Part shown: in pieces, positions 38,456-52,836 of the stretch
Layout of the letters: each line of letters opens with the position of its first letter
Numbering within the stretch: the first letter of the stretch is position 1
Assembly: GCA_013239625.1 (NCBI GenBank)
Contig: MU054323.1
Coordinates: 12,593,694 to 12,657,693, forward strand
Reading direction: 5' to 3'
Length of the DNA stretch: 64,000 bases
DNA from: Lama guanicoe
Lineage: Eukaryota
The notes under the pieces: model-generated
Told to the model about the DNA's origin: nothing
Databases searched by the model: none
What the model saw: the letters and a program-made list of their open reading frames with translations, nothing else
Position numbers and translations under genes: made by a program

Positions 38456-39543
38456 AAAATGTTAATTTTGATGTAGCCTGTGGTGTTTATTTCATTAAAA
38501 ATTGAATCTAGGAACCTTATGAGGACCTTGATGAACTCAGGTTTGTTGGAGGTTTGAGTTAGGGTCTACTGGATGCTATTGCTCTTTTGTTTGGCAATGT
38601 AACTAAGTGGTCAGGTTTTCTGTTCTGAAACTGGCACAGATCCTGAAGACATATGTAGCCTGTAGATGATAAGGTTTTTCTAATCCAACATTTTTGTTTT
38701 GTTTTGAAGTCAGAACACAACTATGAGTTATACCTAAAAGCTCACTAGCAATATTATAGGAAATCATGTTCTAATTTAAGGGAAGAACTTAAAGAAAAAT
38801 ATTTTTCTAGTCTTTTTGTGATGACTTTTACCTCTTTCTCTCTCCTTTTTTAAATCAGTTGCACTTTGTGTAAGGAAGGGGAAGCTTTGTTTATCAGTCC
38901 TTTCTTACTTGAAGCTGTTTGGACTTTCTAATTTTGGTGGGCTTCTTTAAAAAAGTACTCTAGTTTGTTACAGGTTCACTCTCAGCTAGCTAATGTATTT
39001 TAAAGAAAACATACGGGAAGATTTCCTTTTTTTTCCTGATAATTTCCTGGAGTGTATAAGTTTCTTGGGAAAGGATTTCTCTAGAGAAGGAACAGAAAAC
39101 TGCTTTCTACTTAAAAAAAAAAAAACAGAAAAAAAAACTAGAATATATTTTCTCAGTATGGCTGAGATAAAACCACTGTTCCTTTGGTTGTGGTTTTATC
39201 CATTTATGTAAAACTTGTCACATTATGAAAATGTAAGTTTCTCTGCCTCTACATTTCCAGATTTTCTGCTCTCTGGTAATTTTGCAACATTGGTTAATTT
39301 AATCCACCCCTGGAATTGTTTATCAGTTGTAGCCATCTTATCAGACATTTCTTTTCCCCAACTCTTGTTCAGGGGACATTCCTAAAACTTAGAATTTTTA
39401 GTTTAAAATACAGATTTAACCTTGTCGTTAGACAGTCCCAGTTTTTGATGATAATCCAATAAATTTTTCTCTTCAGTGCTAGTTAGGAGTGTCACTGTAA
39501 TTTGATGCTTAACTTCAGTTACATATAGTATATTTACTTTTAG

Positions 39544-39655
39544 ATCATTGATGTATAGTGAAGCTAACAGAAGGGAGACATTTACCTCATGGCCTCATGT
39601 AGGCTATAGATGGGCACAGCCAGATCCCATGGCTCAAGCTGGATTTTATCATCAG
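39544..39655 (+). CDS. BIRC6: BIRC6 exon 5, BIR domain start (SLMYSEANRRETFTSWP...AGFYHQ)
   Basis: Acceptor tttacttttag|A, donor CAG|gtaaaa. 112 nt. Contains the BIR motifs RxxTFxxWP and AxAGFY. Confidence 0.97.
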
Positions 39656-41273
39656 GTAAAAAAGACTGTCAATTTTTTTTCAGTATGACTTTGTAGCCTT
39701 TAGTGAAATTGTCAACATCTTAATACTTTTTTGGAAATGTATATTATTTTATGCAACTTGGCTATGTGCTTGTGTGTATACATGTAATGTGTGTTTTGTT
39801 TTATTTTGAGAGTTGTGCTCTCTGGATGTGTGTTTATTTTCAGTCTTGACTTATGCATTCATAACAGAGTAGTAAGTATTAGGGTAATGCAATAAAAGCA
39901 ATGCATTACAGTTACTCTTGAAAGTTTAATTTTATTGGGATGCAAATTACCCATATGCTAGATGACTATGGAAGCAGCATTGCAGATAGTATAGTGTAAC
40001 CTGAATACACATGTATTGAAGAACTGATAAAGAAATTATGTAGAAAGAGAAATAATTACTCAGGGAAAATAGTCACAGTTTTATGTATGAAAAGAGGAGT
40101 GTGTACAGGGTAAAGATGAATGTGACAAAAAGGCATGAGAATGGGATATTATAGAAAGCTTCACTGAGTTAAAGTAGAGGGAAGTTAAGAAAAATGAGTT
40201 TAGATAGGCATAAAAAAACCAGGTAAAGGAAACTCAACAGAGTAGTCTAGACTGGCTCACCACAGTTTTGCCATTGCTAAAGAAGCTAAGAAGTCTAATA
40301 ACTTACATGTGAGTTTACATAAAGCATGCTTATTTAATTTTAGAATTCAATTAAATTTTGAATACATTGAAGTTAGTATTATAAAGAATCTTAAGAATTA
40401 TTAGTTCTTGAAGTATCTTAAGATTAAATCAGAAAACCATATGTATTTGAAGATTTTATTCCAAGTTTGTCTGATTTCCAGTTAAAGATAGATTTGTTTG
40501 GAGACTAGGAATTATTATTTTCCCAAGTTAGGGATTGAAAAAGGACCATTTTTCCTAATAACTTACCTTCTTCTTATTTGGTGTAATTTCCTAAAACAGT
40601 CTCTGTGAAGTGATGCCTTGACATTTTTTCCATTGAGCTATTATCCATTGTATTTCATCTTTGCAGAGATCAAATCATAGGTTTTCTAGATTCTGCCACC
40701 TGTTAATACAGGGGCTGATTATTCTTAACTTCTAAAATATATAATATATTTACACCTGTAGACATAGCAAGTGCTAAGTAGAGTAAGTACTCAAAAATAC
40801 TAGTTTTCAGAGGTATATTTCAGTTCAGGTTTTGGAATTTTTGTCCAATATGTCTTACTTAAAGAATGTTACATGAATTATGTTCAGTTGTTTGCTTGTC
40901 CTTTTTATTTGTCCTTTCTTATTAATAGTATGGAATTCAGTTTTTAATAATAAACCTGTTAGACTATTTCCTTTCATATACTTCATTCTATTTAAAATAT
41001 TTTAGTAATATTAAAAGATGCTAGAACAGAGATTGAGTATGTGTGTGCCTCCATATTTGATTTAGTGGTTATTTGCTGATGAAACACAACTTTTCAAATA
41101 AAACATCAAATTTAAAGTATTTGGGGATTCAGTATATTGTTGGAGTCTGTTGGGATAGGCTAATTTTCTTTTTCTCAGTATGGAATTTTACCTAAAATTG
41201 TGGACTTATTTAGGAGTTTTTATTAAGAATCTATTTTAATATTGATGAACCTTTTCTGTCTATAAATTTGCAG

Positions 41274-41356
41274 CCTGCCTCATCTGGAGATGATAGAGCC
41301 ATGTGTTTTACTTGTAGTGTATGTCTTGTTTGTTGGGAACCTACTGATGAACCTTG
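41274..41356 (+). CDS. BIRC6: BIRC6 exon 6, BIR core (PASSGDDRAMCFTCSVCLVCWEPTDEPW)
   Basis: Acceptor tttgcag|CCT, donor TG|gtgagt. 83 nt. Carries the CxxC zinc ligands. Confidence 0.97.
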
Positions 41357-42017
41357 GTGAGTCTTGATTTTTCTGAGTATAATAGGCCAAGTTCTATAAA
41401 TGTGCTTTTGAATCTTATTTTTCTGATCTGTGTATATTAATATTCTTGCTTTTTACCATCTATGTTTTTGCCTTTGTCCTAAGAGAGTGAGGTAGTGCTG
41501 ACTATGATCTGTCACATCACTTGGCATATAAGATCTCTGTCTTTGACTACCCAAGACCTGTATGTGGGAGAAGAGCCAAAGAATGGAACTGGGCTCTGAC
41601 TGGAAACTAGAAGGCTATGATAAAATGAAATGAAATGTACCTAACATAAAAAATTTTAAACGGAAACAAAGTAGTTATTTATATAGAGCTGTGGGAAGCC
41701 AATATGAAGAACTATCAGGAGTTTAAACAATTTTATCTTTATACAATAGCACTTATTTCTCACTTTAATCTGAGACTGGCTTTATTTGTAATCACTTAAA
41801 CTGAACAGTGCTATTAAAGTGAGTGCTTAACATGTTAGAGTGATCTCAGTAAAACTGAATGATTCGGTTTATGAGTCTTTTTAATTAAAGAAAACTTTAA
41901 GTTCAACTGATTGTTTTTTTTTAAAAAGGAAAAGATATCATATAGTTTCTCTTTTAGTGTATAAACTTAACAGCTTTGTTGTTCAGTAAACTTTCCCTAC
42001 CTTAATTTTTTGTGAAG

Positions 42018-42240
42018 GTCTGAACATGAGAGACATTCCCCAAACTGCCCATTTGTGAAAGGTGAACACACACAGAATGTGCCATTGTCAGTCACTCTTG
42101 CAACAAGTCCTGCACAGTTTCCTTGCACAGACGGAACTGACAGAATATCTTGCTTTGGGTCGGGGAGCTGCCCTCACTTTCTTGCTGCTGCAACCAAACG
42201 AGGAAAGATCTGTATATGGGATGTTTCCAAACTTATGAAG
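42018..42240 (+). CDS. BIRC6: BIRC6 exon 7, BIR end (SEHERHSPNCPFVKG...VSKLMK)
   Basis: Acceptor ttttttgtgaag|G, donor AAG|gtatgt. 223 nt. Completes C-x2-C-x16-H-x6-C. Confidence 0.96.
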
Positions 42241-42322
42241 GTATGTTTTAATTTTGAAGTGACAGGTTAGTAGTTCAGAAAAAAATCAGTTGTTAATTTA
42301 GGTTTCTCATTTATTTGTTTAG

Positions 42323-42483
42323 GTGCACTTAAAGTTTGAAATTAATGCATATGATCCAGCAATTGTACAACAGCTTATTCTATCGGGAGAACCAAGCTCA
42401 GCAGTTGAATCAAGGAGACCAACTTTTACATGGCTGGAAGACTCCTCTAGTTGCTCAGATATACCAAAATTGGAAGGAGACAG
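42323..42483 (+). CDS. BIRC6: BIRC6 exon 8 (VHLKFEINAYDP...PKLEGDS)
   Basis: Acceptor tttgtttag|GTG, donor AG|gtatgt. 161 nt, preceded by an 82-nt intron. Confidence 0.95.
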
Positions 42484-44470
42484 GTATGTAAATTTGTTGT
42501 AATAGTATTTATAGAAGGGAAGTGTTTTCTTTTCCTAAATTGTATGTTCTCTTAATTCTAATTAAAGAAACAAAAAATTACTAGGTCAAGAGATTAGAGA
42601 CTAAATGTTTAGTTAGAAATCTGAAAGTATATGATTATGGAAAAAAAATTTCATTCAGAAACACCATAGTCTATAAAACATACTTTATTTTCTAAATCTA
42701 TATCAATTGGAAACCCCATTGACAAATGAAATATAAATAATGAAGTGAAATCCTTGGATTAGACTTACAATTTCACCTTCTACTAAATCTTTTCATAGAG
42801 TAGTTGAATCATTTGGTTCATTTTTCCTTTTTTCATTAGCACCTTAAAATACAGAAGTGGTAATGAATAGTAAAGCAACCTATAGCTAGGTCATCTTGAA
42901 GATGACCTAATAATTTAAAACAGTAAACATATCAATAGTCAGCATTGAGTTGAGGCACAATAATTATTGCTAAAGAAAGATTTTGGTAAAGTTGCTCTTC
43001 TGGATTCTGTTCCATTCAGCTTTTCTGACAGATTCATATCTCTATGGCTGTATTTGATCTATGCAGGGCAGGAGAGTCAAACTATAATCCCGTCTCACCT
43101 ACTTGTCTCCCAAGAAGCTCTGCAGTTGTAACTCTGAACTGGGGTAGAATTATAGAGCAATATTTGTAGTATTCCCACGTAGACATAATAAAGTGTTCCA
43201 TAAACCACACAGTTTGTCTTAAGCATTAGAAGCTACCACCTTTTAAGATTCTGAAGGTAGCAGAGTGAAATGGAGTCTGTGTAAATGTGATCAGATGTCC
43301 TGGTATACTGAGATCTATCATTTCACTTGCAGGGGCTTCTTGTGTTACTATGTGTGATTGGTGTTACACCACAGTCAGTGATTTATCATTGTACTTCACA
43401 GTCTTTTTGGTGGCATGCACTTTCATTAAGAAGTAATATAAAGCTTTATTAATGGAAAATTACAACATATCAAATGGGAAGTTTACCTCTGTCTAGTCCC
43501 TCTTGGTAATAGTATGTCGAAATTATGCATCAGTAATGCATGTGGTCTGAGCTCTGGGACAGACTGATTTAAAGCTTCATGGTTGTTCTCAGTTATTATA
43601 AATCCCTCTGAGAGCTTGATGGGAAAGCAATTGGCCCATCATTGTCTTGAGTTTGACTACATTTGCCAGTAGGGCTGGAAAGTAAGCATGCTTGAGTTCT
43701 GATTTTTTTTAGAAATTAGTGGAAAATTATTAATGGAGATATTGAAATTGGTATATCCTGAACAATGGCTTTGACTTGGAAGTTTGTAATTTGAGGATTA
43801 AAAATTGAATTGAGATGTAGTTTTAAGATTGTACACACACACACCTTGGTAAAATGTTCATTTTTGGTAAATGCATATCCAGTATTTCTGGTGGACAGGT
43901 ATTATCTGAGTTAGTGTGCTGGAGTTGAGCTGTAATTCCCTCTACCTGCTTTTTTAAGAGACTTAAACTCTTTGTATGGTAGAAGGACCCTTTTCTCCCA
44001 ACAAAGTGTGAAATGAGTCATGCAGAATGATTACTTTGTGTTGGGATGGTAGGAGAAAGCTGAAGAGGTGGAGCTTCAAGCCCTTTCTTGGCCGTTCCTC
44101 TCCCCAGGAGATAGCAGGATTCCTGCTGGTTAGTTGTGGCTATAATGAGCTAAAACTGCCTCTTACTCTGTGGTACAAGATACACATCATAAGATTCATT
44201 CTTTAAGTGTACATTTCAGTTTTTTTACTCATATGATTTTATCGTGTAGTAATAGAAGCGTTTTTCTGTCACAAAATAATCTTTTTTAAAAGACTTGAAG
44301 ACTCAGAATAAAGCTTTTTTTTTGCTAATTAAAATGATTATCTGGTAACATTCTTTGTACCTTCAAGATACCTGAATTCCTACTTTAAAATATACTATTA
44401 TAAGATTTTATCTTTTATCTCAGTATAGCTGGGTAATGTTCGACTATTTTTCTTAATGCAAAAACTCCTT

Positions 44471-44611
44471 AAAAATTTTTTTTTCATTGGGGGGGAAGGT
44501 AATTTGTTTTATTTATTTTTACTTTTTTTAATGAAGGGACAGGGCATTGAACCCAGGACCTAGTGCATGCTGAGCACACACTCTACCACTGAGCTATATA
44601 CCCTCCCCCCT
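44471..44611 (-). mobile_element. tRNA-Ala-derived SINE (Vic-1-like)
   Basis: Same family core. TSD CAAAAACTC on both sides. Confidence 0.87.
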
Positions 44612-45946
44612 CAAAAACTCTTGAAACCAATTGTGTCTTCTTGGTTTGGACTTCATTCTGGATAATTCCCAATCATTAATATTTCTTCTTAGGGTTTATT
44701 TTTCCAGGTTTCTTTATTATTTTTCTGAAACTAGCCAGTTAGTATTTGAATAGCTTGAGGCTAATTAGCAGCTCATCTTTTTCACATTCTTTTTGTTATT
44801 TTTAGAATTATAGCTCAAAATTGATTTATGGTCAATTATTGCCACTTGAAAAAAACTAAAACACAGAAATTTTGTCCGAAATATGTAAGCAAGTATCTCT
44901 CCACCTCAATTTCAAACATTACCTTAAGCATTATTTAGGGGAATTACCAGCTTACATTTCATATAAAATAGCATAAATGCCTAGGTATTTCAGATGAAAG
45001 TAAAATACATTGTCTCAGAAAGGGAAAATTACTTTTCCTTCCTGTGAAATGCATCTTTTAATTTCCGTAGTTAAGTATCATAATTTCAGAACTGTAGTAG
45101 ATATGCTGGTTGTTAGTACAGACACGGCCTAATATTGTGCTAGAATGATCTATAATTACATCTTTTTTCTTGTCTGCTAACAATGGAGAGTGAGGGATAA
45201 AGCTGGATGCAGAGGGAGAACCTGGCAGTTTCTTGGGCACATGAGTGAAGAGCAGAAGGGCTATATATTGTCTTGTTATCTTGACTCCTAAGTTAGGAGT
45301 TGTAGTTTTCCTGCTTGTCAAGGAGTTCTTAACAGCACTTCCCAAACAAGCAAAAACAAAACAAACAAACAAACAAAAAAACCCAAACCCAAAACAAAAA
45401 TTAAATGCATATTTGTGTGAGAACTTACACATACATACACATTTATATAGCTATTCTATTTGGTTTTAGGGTGACTTTCCTTAATTCAGGAACAGAATAG
45501 TTGTGATGTTACTACTGGAAACTTGTGCTTGATTTTATTAGCTGCTGCTTTTTTTTCGCTTTTTTTACCCAGACTATCCCTAGTCATACCTATTCAGTCT
45601 TCAAATTCTTACAAATTCTATTATAAATTTTTAGAGATTTCCAAACTATTTCAGGCAAACATTTATTTGTTGATTTAAAGTGATTCATTTTTAGCATTTT
45701 TAATCAGTTAGGGTCTCAGTCCACTTATATCATTTAAGCTAGTTTTTAAAAAAAATCTGTTTGGAAATTTAATCACAATTTTTACAACTCTGAAGGATCA
45801 AGTAAATAAGCTAGTTATAGTAGTTGTCTATGATGCTTATGTTTGAGATGCAAAACAGTGGTTGTAACATTGTACCTTTTCTTTATTGTCTCATCTTATA
45901 TATACCTTTTTTGAAATGGAAATTAATTTTTATTTTGTCTTTTAAG

Positions 45947-46005
45947 TGATGATTTACTGGAGGATTCAGACAGTGAAGAGCATTCCAGATCAGATTCTGT
46001 GACAG
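45947..46005 (+). CDS. BIRC6: BIRC6 exon 9 (DDLLEDSDSEEHSRSDSVT)
   Basis: Acceptor tgtcttttaag|T, donor ACAG|gtatgt. 59 nt, bridges phase 2 to phase 1 as required. Confidence 0.94.
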
Positions 46006-49000
46006 GTATGTAAAAAAATGTTATTCTGTTTTTTACATCTTTGCATTTGTACTGTTTCTGGATAATGCTAAATATCAGTTAATTCTGTATTAGTGCAAAC
46101 TCTAAATTTTCACAGATACACACAGAAAATTCAAATATTGTATATCAGAAATCTTGAATTAGTAGTATGTATATAGAGTTCCATATTTAAAATTTAAATA
46201 GCGCCTATTTGAGCCAAAGAAATTAAGATGAATTTTATTAAATCTTTGTCACAAAGGACAGGGAATTGAGATTAAACTCTTCCAAATGTGCTCAGCTTAT
46301 TTGTGTAATGGGTTGTTAAATGAAAGTAACATTTAAATTAATAATTACTAATTATTTCTTATTCCTAGAAGAAAACAGGTGAATAGAGAGTAAATTTTAA
46401 GGTATAGAGTCATGGACATTAAAGAATCAAGTAAATGCTGCTTTGATAATTAACTTACGAAATGTTAAGTCTAAAGAGTGTGCCTCATATTTTAATGTAG
46501 TTATATTATAGACAAGGCATCTCAAAATAGTTTTATTATGTCAGAATTCAAATCCTAACTCACTATTATAGTCTGATTACACTTCCTAATATATGAAATA
46601 GTGATATTAACATCTGTTAATAGAATTTCGAGGATTGATTAAGATGAAAATATATAAAGCATAGTACCTGGGAAGTAGCCAGTATTTTAAAAAGTGACCG
46701 TTATTAAATTAGAGGCTGTCCTCTAATGTCAGATGTCATGATCTAAGGACGTATATGACTTACTAAATCTCTTTAGAGGAGACTTGATTTTGCATAATAT
46801 CGTTGACCGAAGTTATATGTCAGAAATTAGTATAGTGACTGCTCTCAATTCTAACTTGTTGTAAAATCTTTTTTAAAGCCACCAAACATAATACTGGACT
46901 GGTTTTGGATTAACCCTCTCTTAAGGTTATTCTTAACAATGAAAAAAATCAACACAAATATAGGAAAATGCCCTGAATAATGTACAAATGTATAATTAGC
47001 TCTAGGAAAAATAACTAATTGCACTTAAAAAATTTAGTCTGATGAAGTGTGGTCTTTTTCCACTTTGTTACCCCTTTGTGAACAAAAGGACTACTACTGT
47101 AATTTTTAAAAATCTGATAAAGAATAATGCATTGGTCACTGGTCATTTGGAGACCTGATTAGAGTTTGAACTCTTTTACAATATAACTCTTGGGTCTTGT
47201 CAGGTCACTCTAACTCTCTGGGCGTCAGTTTTTCTTTTGTAAAGTAAAGTGTTTGAACTAAATTTTAGTAGTATTAAAAGGTGGCTAGGGTAAGAGAAAA
47301 AAATCCTTCCAGTTCAGAATTTGTAATTGACTCATTTGAGAATTTGTTAAGTAGTAGTAGTTCACTAATTAATAGTAAAATATGTATCTTCTAAGCTAAT
47401 TCTTTTATGTTGAGAGACTGTTGGTGAATTTATGGAGGCTTGTGATATTAAAGAGAGATGTATTCTCTTCCTGAAGTATCTAAAATAAATCGTAGATGCT
47501 ATTCAAAACTTATATTTACTAACTGAGTGCTTCCCATCAAATTGAATGATACAATCTGAAGAATTGTAGAGTATATTTTTAGTTTCAGAAATGTGCATGG
47601 AGACCTAGAGACTTTTGTCTGTTTTTCATTTGAAGGTTATGACTTTTCAAAGTATTTAAGTGATGTCAGAGAGAAAAATTTGGTGTTTGGTCCATATATC
47701 AGAATTAAGGATATATAACTTCTTGTGAAGAGTGGGAAGAATCTTTGGCAGGAGATTGAAGACGGATTCAAATTGAAATTTGATGGTTTTAGAAATATGC
47801 CTAGATTAAACCTCTGGAGTTTGGCTGGCAGAGCTGTGGATTGACACTACCTAAGGAAGCAGAATAGAGAAGGACTTACCAAAATGATTATCTGAAGAAT
47901 ACTATACTGTAGGATGTTTTTAGGTTTGTTCTGTAAAAATTTATTTTGTGGTCCAGTAGATTTGAGAAATTCTAAGACAAGCAAAGGTAACAGGTTTCCT
48001 TACTGCAGTATTGGACAGTTGTCATTGTGCCTTGTCAGTCCTCTAAGGAGAATGTACAGTATATGCTGTATCCGAGACATTAATTAGTTGGGAAGAAGCA
48101 GAATAGTAATGCCACTGTTATATTTTCCTTTTTAATGAATAATCTCATCTCACATGACATTTACTTTGATTGTCTTAAATATGTGTTAATATATGTAATT
48201 TATGGCTAATTTATTTTGTTTTAATGTGTGCATAGACTAAAATAACTTTTTCTTGGCTATTTCCTACCATAACTTTAAAAGAACAATCTGTTAAGTTTTA
48301 GTTTAGACCAATGGATAGTTATCATCCTGAAGATTTATTAGTGTATTACATGTTATAAAAATCTGACTATCAACTTTCAACTTCATACCTAAATTAGTAA
48401 AATAAAGTAAATATAAATATTAAATGCCAGTATAAAGGTTGCATGTCAGTATAGTTAAATGAGTGGGTAAGTGTAAACAAACAGCTTTATTAGTACAATT
48501 AAGTTAAGTTTATAACTAAAGTTTTCTTCTGCTTAGCTGGAAATGGATTTAGTTTTAGACGATAATAGTGATCATTATATGAAGTGGGATCACTGTCAGG
48601 AAATGGGAAGAAACTAGATAAAGCTGTCTAGGAGCATTTTGAAGATATTGTTAATTGAAATGGTTGACAAAAGTGGGGGAGTGGTGAACAGAGCTTTTAT
48701 TATATATCAGGTGTTTGATATTCCATGATTCTTTGTTGCTCATTCCTTTACTTGGGTAACTTTCAAACTTTCATGCAGTCACCTTGAGTTATTTTATACT
48801 TATTTCCTTACTCTTCTTTGTTCTTCTCAATCTAAAATTGTAAAGCCAATTCCAGTTTTCGTGGTCTTTCTGCAAGTTACATAGAGTGAACTTTACATTA
48901 TTGTTGCTAATATAATTAGTTGTTGCCTAATAGTTTGTGCTATTGAGAAAAAAAAAGCAGATTGATTGAAACTTTCAGGTCAGTATCAGGAGATTATGCC

Positions 49001-49784
49001 TGGTTTAGGGGTTGACTGACATCTGAGTTGGGGTTTTGTGTAGCGAGAGATGGCATTTGTGGGGCATTGAGACTGAGAAATGACCTTTATACTATTTGTA
49101 AGGGGACAGCTTCCAGAGCACATGATAGAAAAAGGTCAGTAAGGGGTCATGCAGTATCGTTGACTTTAAATGAACTAAAAATTAGCAGATAATACAGAAG
49201 ACATTTATATTTCACTTAAAATGACAAATCTTGTGAACTTTTCCTTCCTAATTATTATTTTTATTCTGAGCTGAGATTAGAATTAAATTTGTATTATAAT
49301 AGTCAACTGATAATTAGCATGGTGGGGTGGGACAGAGGAGATAAATTGTGATGGCAGTAATGTTTCATGGATATTCTGCAAAGGACATAAATGACACATG
49401 CATGATGAGTATTTTTTTGGTTTAGAATTGAAACACAGAAATTATTATTTTAATAATAATGCCTTCATTTTTTAACCCTTCTATTTTTTTTAAAGGATTT
49501 TTCTCACAAATTGTCAGGAGAATGTATTCTGAATTGAAAATGATTTTTGAGTCTCTTCAGTACCTCCATGATTTTTCTGAGTAGATTCATCTCAGATTTA
49601 AATTTTAAATTAAATTTTAAATTTTGATTAAATTTTATTTAAATGACCTTAAAGTCTTCCACTGATGTACTTATAATGCACTGACTAGAAGAGTAAAAAA
49701 ACAAAAATTAATGAAAATTTTGTGGTACAGATTTTGATTTATATTCACAAGGCCATTTCTAATGAATATTATTCCTTTTCAAAG

Positions 49785-51179
49785 GGCATACATCACAGAA
49801 GGAAGCCATGGAAGTAAGCCTTGATATAACAGCACTCAGCATTCTCCAGCAGCCAGAAAAACTTCAGTGGGAGATTGTTGCAAATGTGCTTGAAGATACT
49901 GTTAAGGATCTTGAAGAACTTGGGGCAAATCCTTGTTTAACCAACTCTAAGAGTGAAAAGACAAAAGAAAAGCACCAGGAACAACACAACATTCCCTTTC
50001 CATGTTTATTAGCTGGAGGTTTATTAACATATAAATCTCCTGCTACCTCACCCGTTAGTAGTAATTCTCACAGGTCACTGGATGGTTTAAGCAGAACTCA
50101 GGGTGAAAGTATATCAGAACAAGGGTCAACTGACAATGAATCCTGCACTAATTCAGAATTGAATTCTCCTCTGGTGAGGAGGACTTTACCCATTTTGCTT
50201 CTTTATAGCATCAAGGAGTCTGATGAGAAAGCAGGAAAAATCTTTTCACAGATGAACAATATAATGAGTAAAAGTTTGCATGATGATGGTTTTACAGTTC
50301 CACAGATTATTGAAATGGAGCTGGATAGTCAGGAGCAATTGTTGTTGCAGGATCCTCCTGTGACTTACATTCAACAATTTGCAGATGCAGCAGCCAACCT
50401 TACCTCTCCAGATTCTGAGAAGTGGAACTCTGTGTTTCCCAAGCCGGGGACTTTGGTTCAGTGTTTGAGGCTGCCAAAGTTTGCAGAGGAGGAGAATCTT
50501 TGTATAGACTCAATAACTCCTTGTGCTGATGGAATTCATTTGTTGGTAGGACTGCGGACATGCCCTGTTGAATCCTTGAGTGCAATAAATCAAGTAGAGG
50601 CCTTGAATAATTTAAATAAATTAAACTCTGCACTATGTAATAGACGGAAAGGTGAACTGGAATCAAATCTTGCTGTAGTGAATGGTGCAAATATTAGTAT
50701 AATCCAACACGAATCACCAGCAGATGTACAGACTCCTTTGATAATTCAACCTGAGCAGAGGAATGGTAGTGGTGGATATTTAATACTTTATAAAATGAAT
50801 TACGCCACTCGGATAGTGACTTTAGAAGAGGAGCCAATAAAAATCCAACATATCAAAGATCCCCAGGACACAATTACCTCGCTCATTTTGCTTCCACCAG
50901 ATATACTGGATAATCGAGAGGATGACTGTGAGGAACCTGCTGAGGAAATGCAGTTAACCTCAAAGAATGGCATTGAGAGAGAAAAAAAATCTGATATTTC
51001 TACTCTTGGACACCTGGTAATAACCACTCAGGGAGGATATGTAAAAATATTAGATCTTTCAAACTTTGAAATTTTGGCCAAAGTGGAACCTCCCAAAAAG
51101 GAGGGCACTGAGGAACAGGACACATTTGTTTCTGTCATTTACTGCTCGGGCACAGACAGGCTGTGTGCATGCACCAAAG
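49785..51179 (+). CDS. BIRC6: BIRC6 exon 10, large exon (GHTSQKEAMEVSLD...DRLCACTK)
   Basis: Acceptor ccttttcaaag|GG, donor AAAG|gtaagc. 1395 nt open frame, corresponds to ORF 49808..51211. Confidence 0.97.
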
Positions 51180-52249
51180 GTAAGCTGTTGATTTGTTTGA
51201 TTCTTCTATAAATCTTATAAAATTAGTGTATATAGCATTCATTTATGTGCATACCTAGCATGAATTTTAGATCTGTATAGATGGAGAGATTTTTTTTTTA
51301 TACTGAAGTGAGAAATCTTTCTACTGTTTTAACTGTTCTTAAGACTTTTTTTTACTGCCCTAGGTAAGAGTCTAGTTGTAAATAAGTCAATAAATCTCTC
51401 AGAAACTATCTTCTCTGCTTTAGCCTCAAGACAGTAACCTGTTGTTTCTGTGAGTCCTGACTCTGCATTTGCTCAAATTTGTGACCTTGGGCAAGTTAAA
51501 CTCAGTAAACCTTTGTTTCTTTATTTATAAACTACAAAAAAGCAGCCTATTCCCAGGCTTGACAGAATTAAATGAAATAATATATGTAAAGTTTCTGGCA
51601 CAGATATTTCCTTCTAAAATAAAAGTATTTAGTAAATAATTATTAGTTTTGCCAAATAATTTTTTCTTGTCTTACTTACTCCTAACCTTTTGCTGAGAGT
51701 GAATCAGTTTTACAGCATTTAAGGCCGCCATATTGAGTAACAGATAATGTTCAATTTTTTCCTGCTTTTCTTAATATACACTTTAATAAAGTTAGAGAGA
51801 TAAAGCAATTTTTATATAGAATTACTGACAATATCAGGCAGTATTGATTAGTGGGAATTAAGGCCAGGAGATACTTGAAGCCTAAGAAACTATAACCAAT
51901 GCTTGGAGGAGGAACTGAGTTTGGAAAGAGTTGTACATCTCATTTGTGGTTCTGGTGTGAATTAACCTGAATTTTTCTTCTATTTAAAAATATTTCAAGA
52001 GTTTGGCTAAGAAGGGTAATGATGAACGTAGTGATTTGGATTGCCTGCTTTGAAACACATCTAGTGAAATAACAGAGCGAAAAACTCTCCAAATAATGTC
52101 AAAACCCAACTAGATTATTTTAAAAAGTGGGCAGTGCAGAGTAACTTTAGACTAATAAAATTTTCAGAAAAACCATTAAAATACTGTGTGATATCAAGGA
52201 TAATTTGAACTTATTATCTTGTATGTGCCAGTTCATTTCTGTGAGAGCT

Positions 52250-52440
52250 TTAACTCTGTTTATTTTAGTCATCACACCAACTTTGTGGGATATGTACTAT
52301 TATTGTCTCCATTTTACAGATAAGGAAACTGAGAGAAAGAGAGGCTAAGTAATTTGCCTAAGTTGCAGAGCTAATAAATGACAGAGTCAGCATTCAAACC
52401 TGGGCAGTCTGTCATTAGAGTGCTAAAACCACGTTAAACT
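52250..52440 (-). mobile_element. MIR SINE (one of roughly ten MIR fragments in the window)
   Basis: TATTATTGTCTCCATTTTACAGATAAGGAAACTGAG...CATTCAAACCTGGGCAGTCTG is the MIR core. Confidence 0.8.
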
Positions 52441-52692
52441 GCCAGAATTTAATAAAACTGGAGACTCATCCTTTGAATTTTTTGGAATCTTTTGATCTGG
52501 AAGATACAAAAAAGGAAAACAATTTAATTTGCCATTACCCATCTGAAGTGGAGGTTTAGAACCTGAGTGACATGGTCTCAGGGCACATCCTCATAAAATA
52601 CTAGTAGTTTCCAGAAGTGCTATCAGAGTTTAATGATTTGAATTATTTGATGAGATATGCTTTTGGTGATTCAGAGGGGAAGTAGTATTTTT

Positions 52693-52836
52693 TAATTTTT
52701 AATTTTATTTTTTTGGGTGGGGAGATCAGTAGGTCTATTTATTATTAGTTTTTTGTTTGTTTGTTTTTTAATGAAAGTACTGTGGATTGAACCCAGGGTC
52801 TTGTGCATGCTAAGCCTGTGCTCTACCACTCCCCCT
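52693..52836 (-). mobile_element. tRNA-Ala-derived SINE (Vic-1-like), head partly deleted
   Basis: Family core. TSD GGGAAGTAGTATTTT on both sides. Confidence 0.87.

Noticed and set aside
43320..43512. Possible extra exon in intron 8 (tttcacttgcag|GGGC...TTG|gtaata)
   Set aside because: Weak donor, an early in-frame stop, and exons 8 and 9 already join in frame. Not enough support.
50400..51027. Antisense ORFs within exon 10
   Set aside because: Shadow frames of the coding exon with no independent signal.
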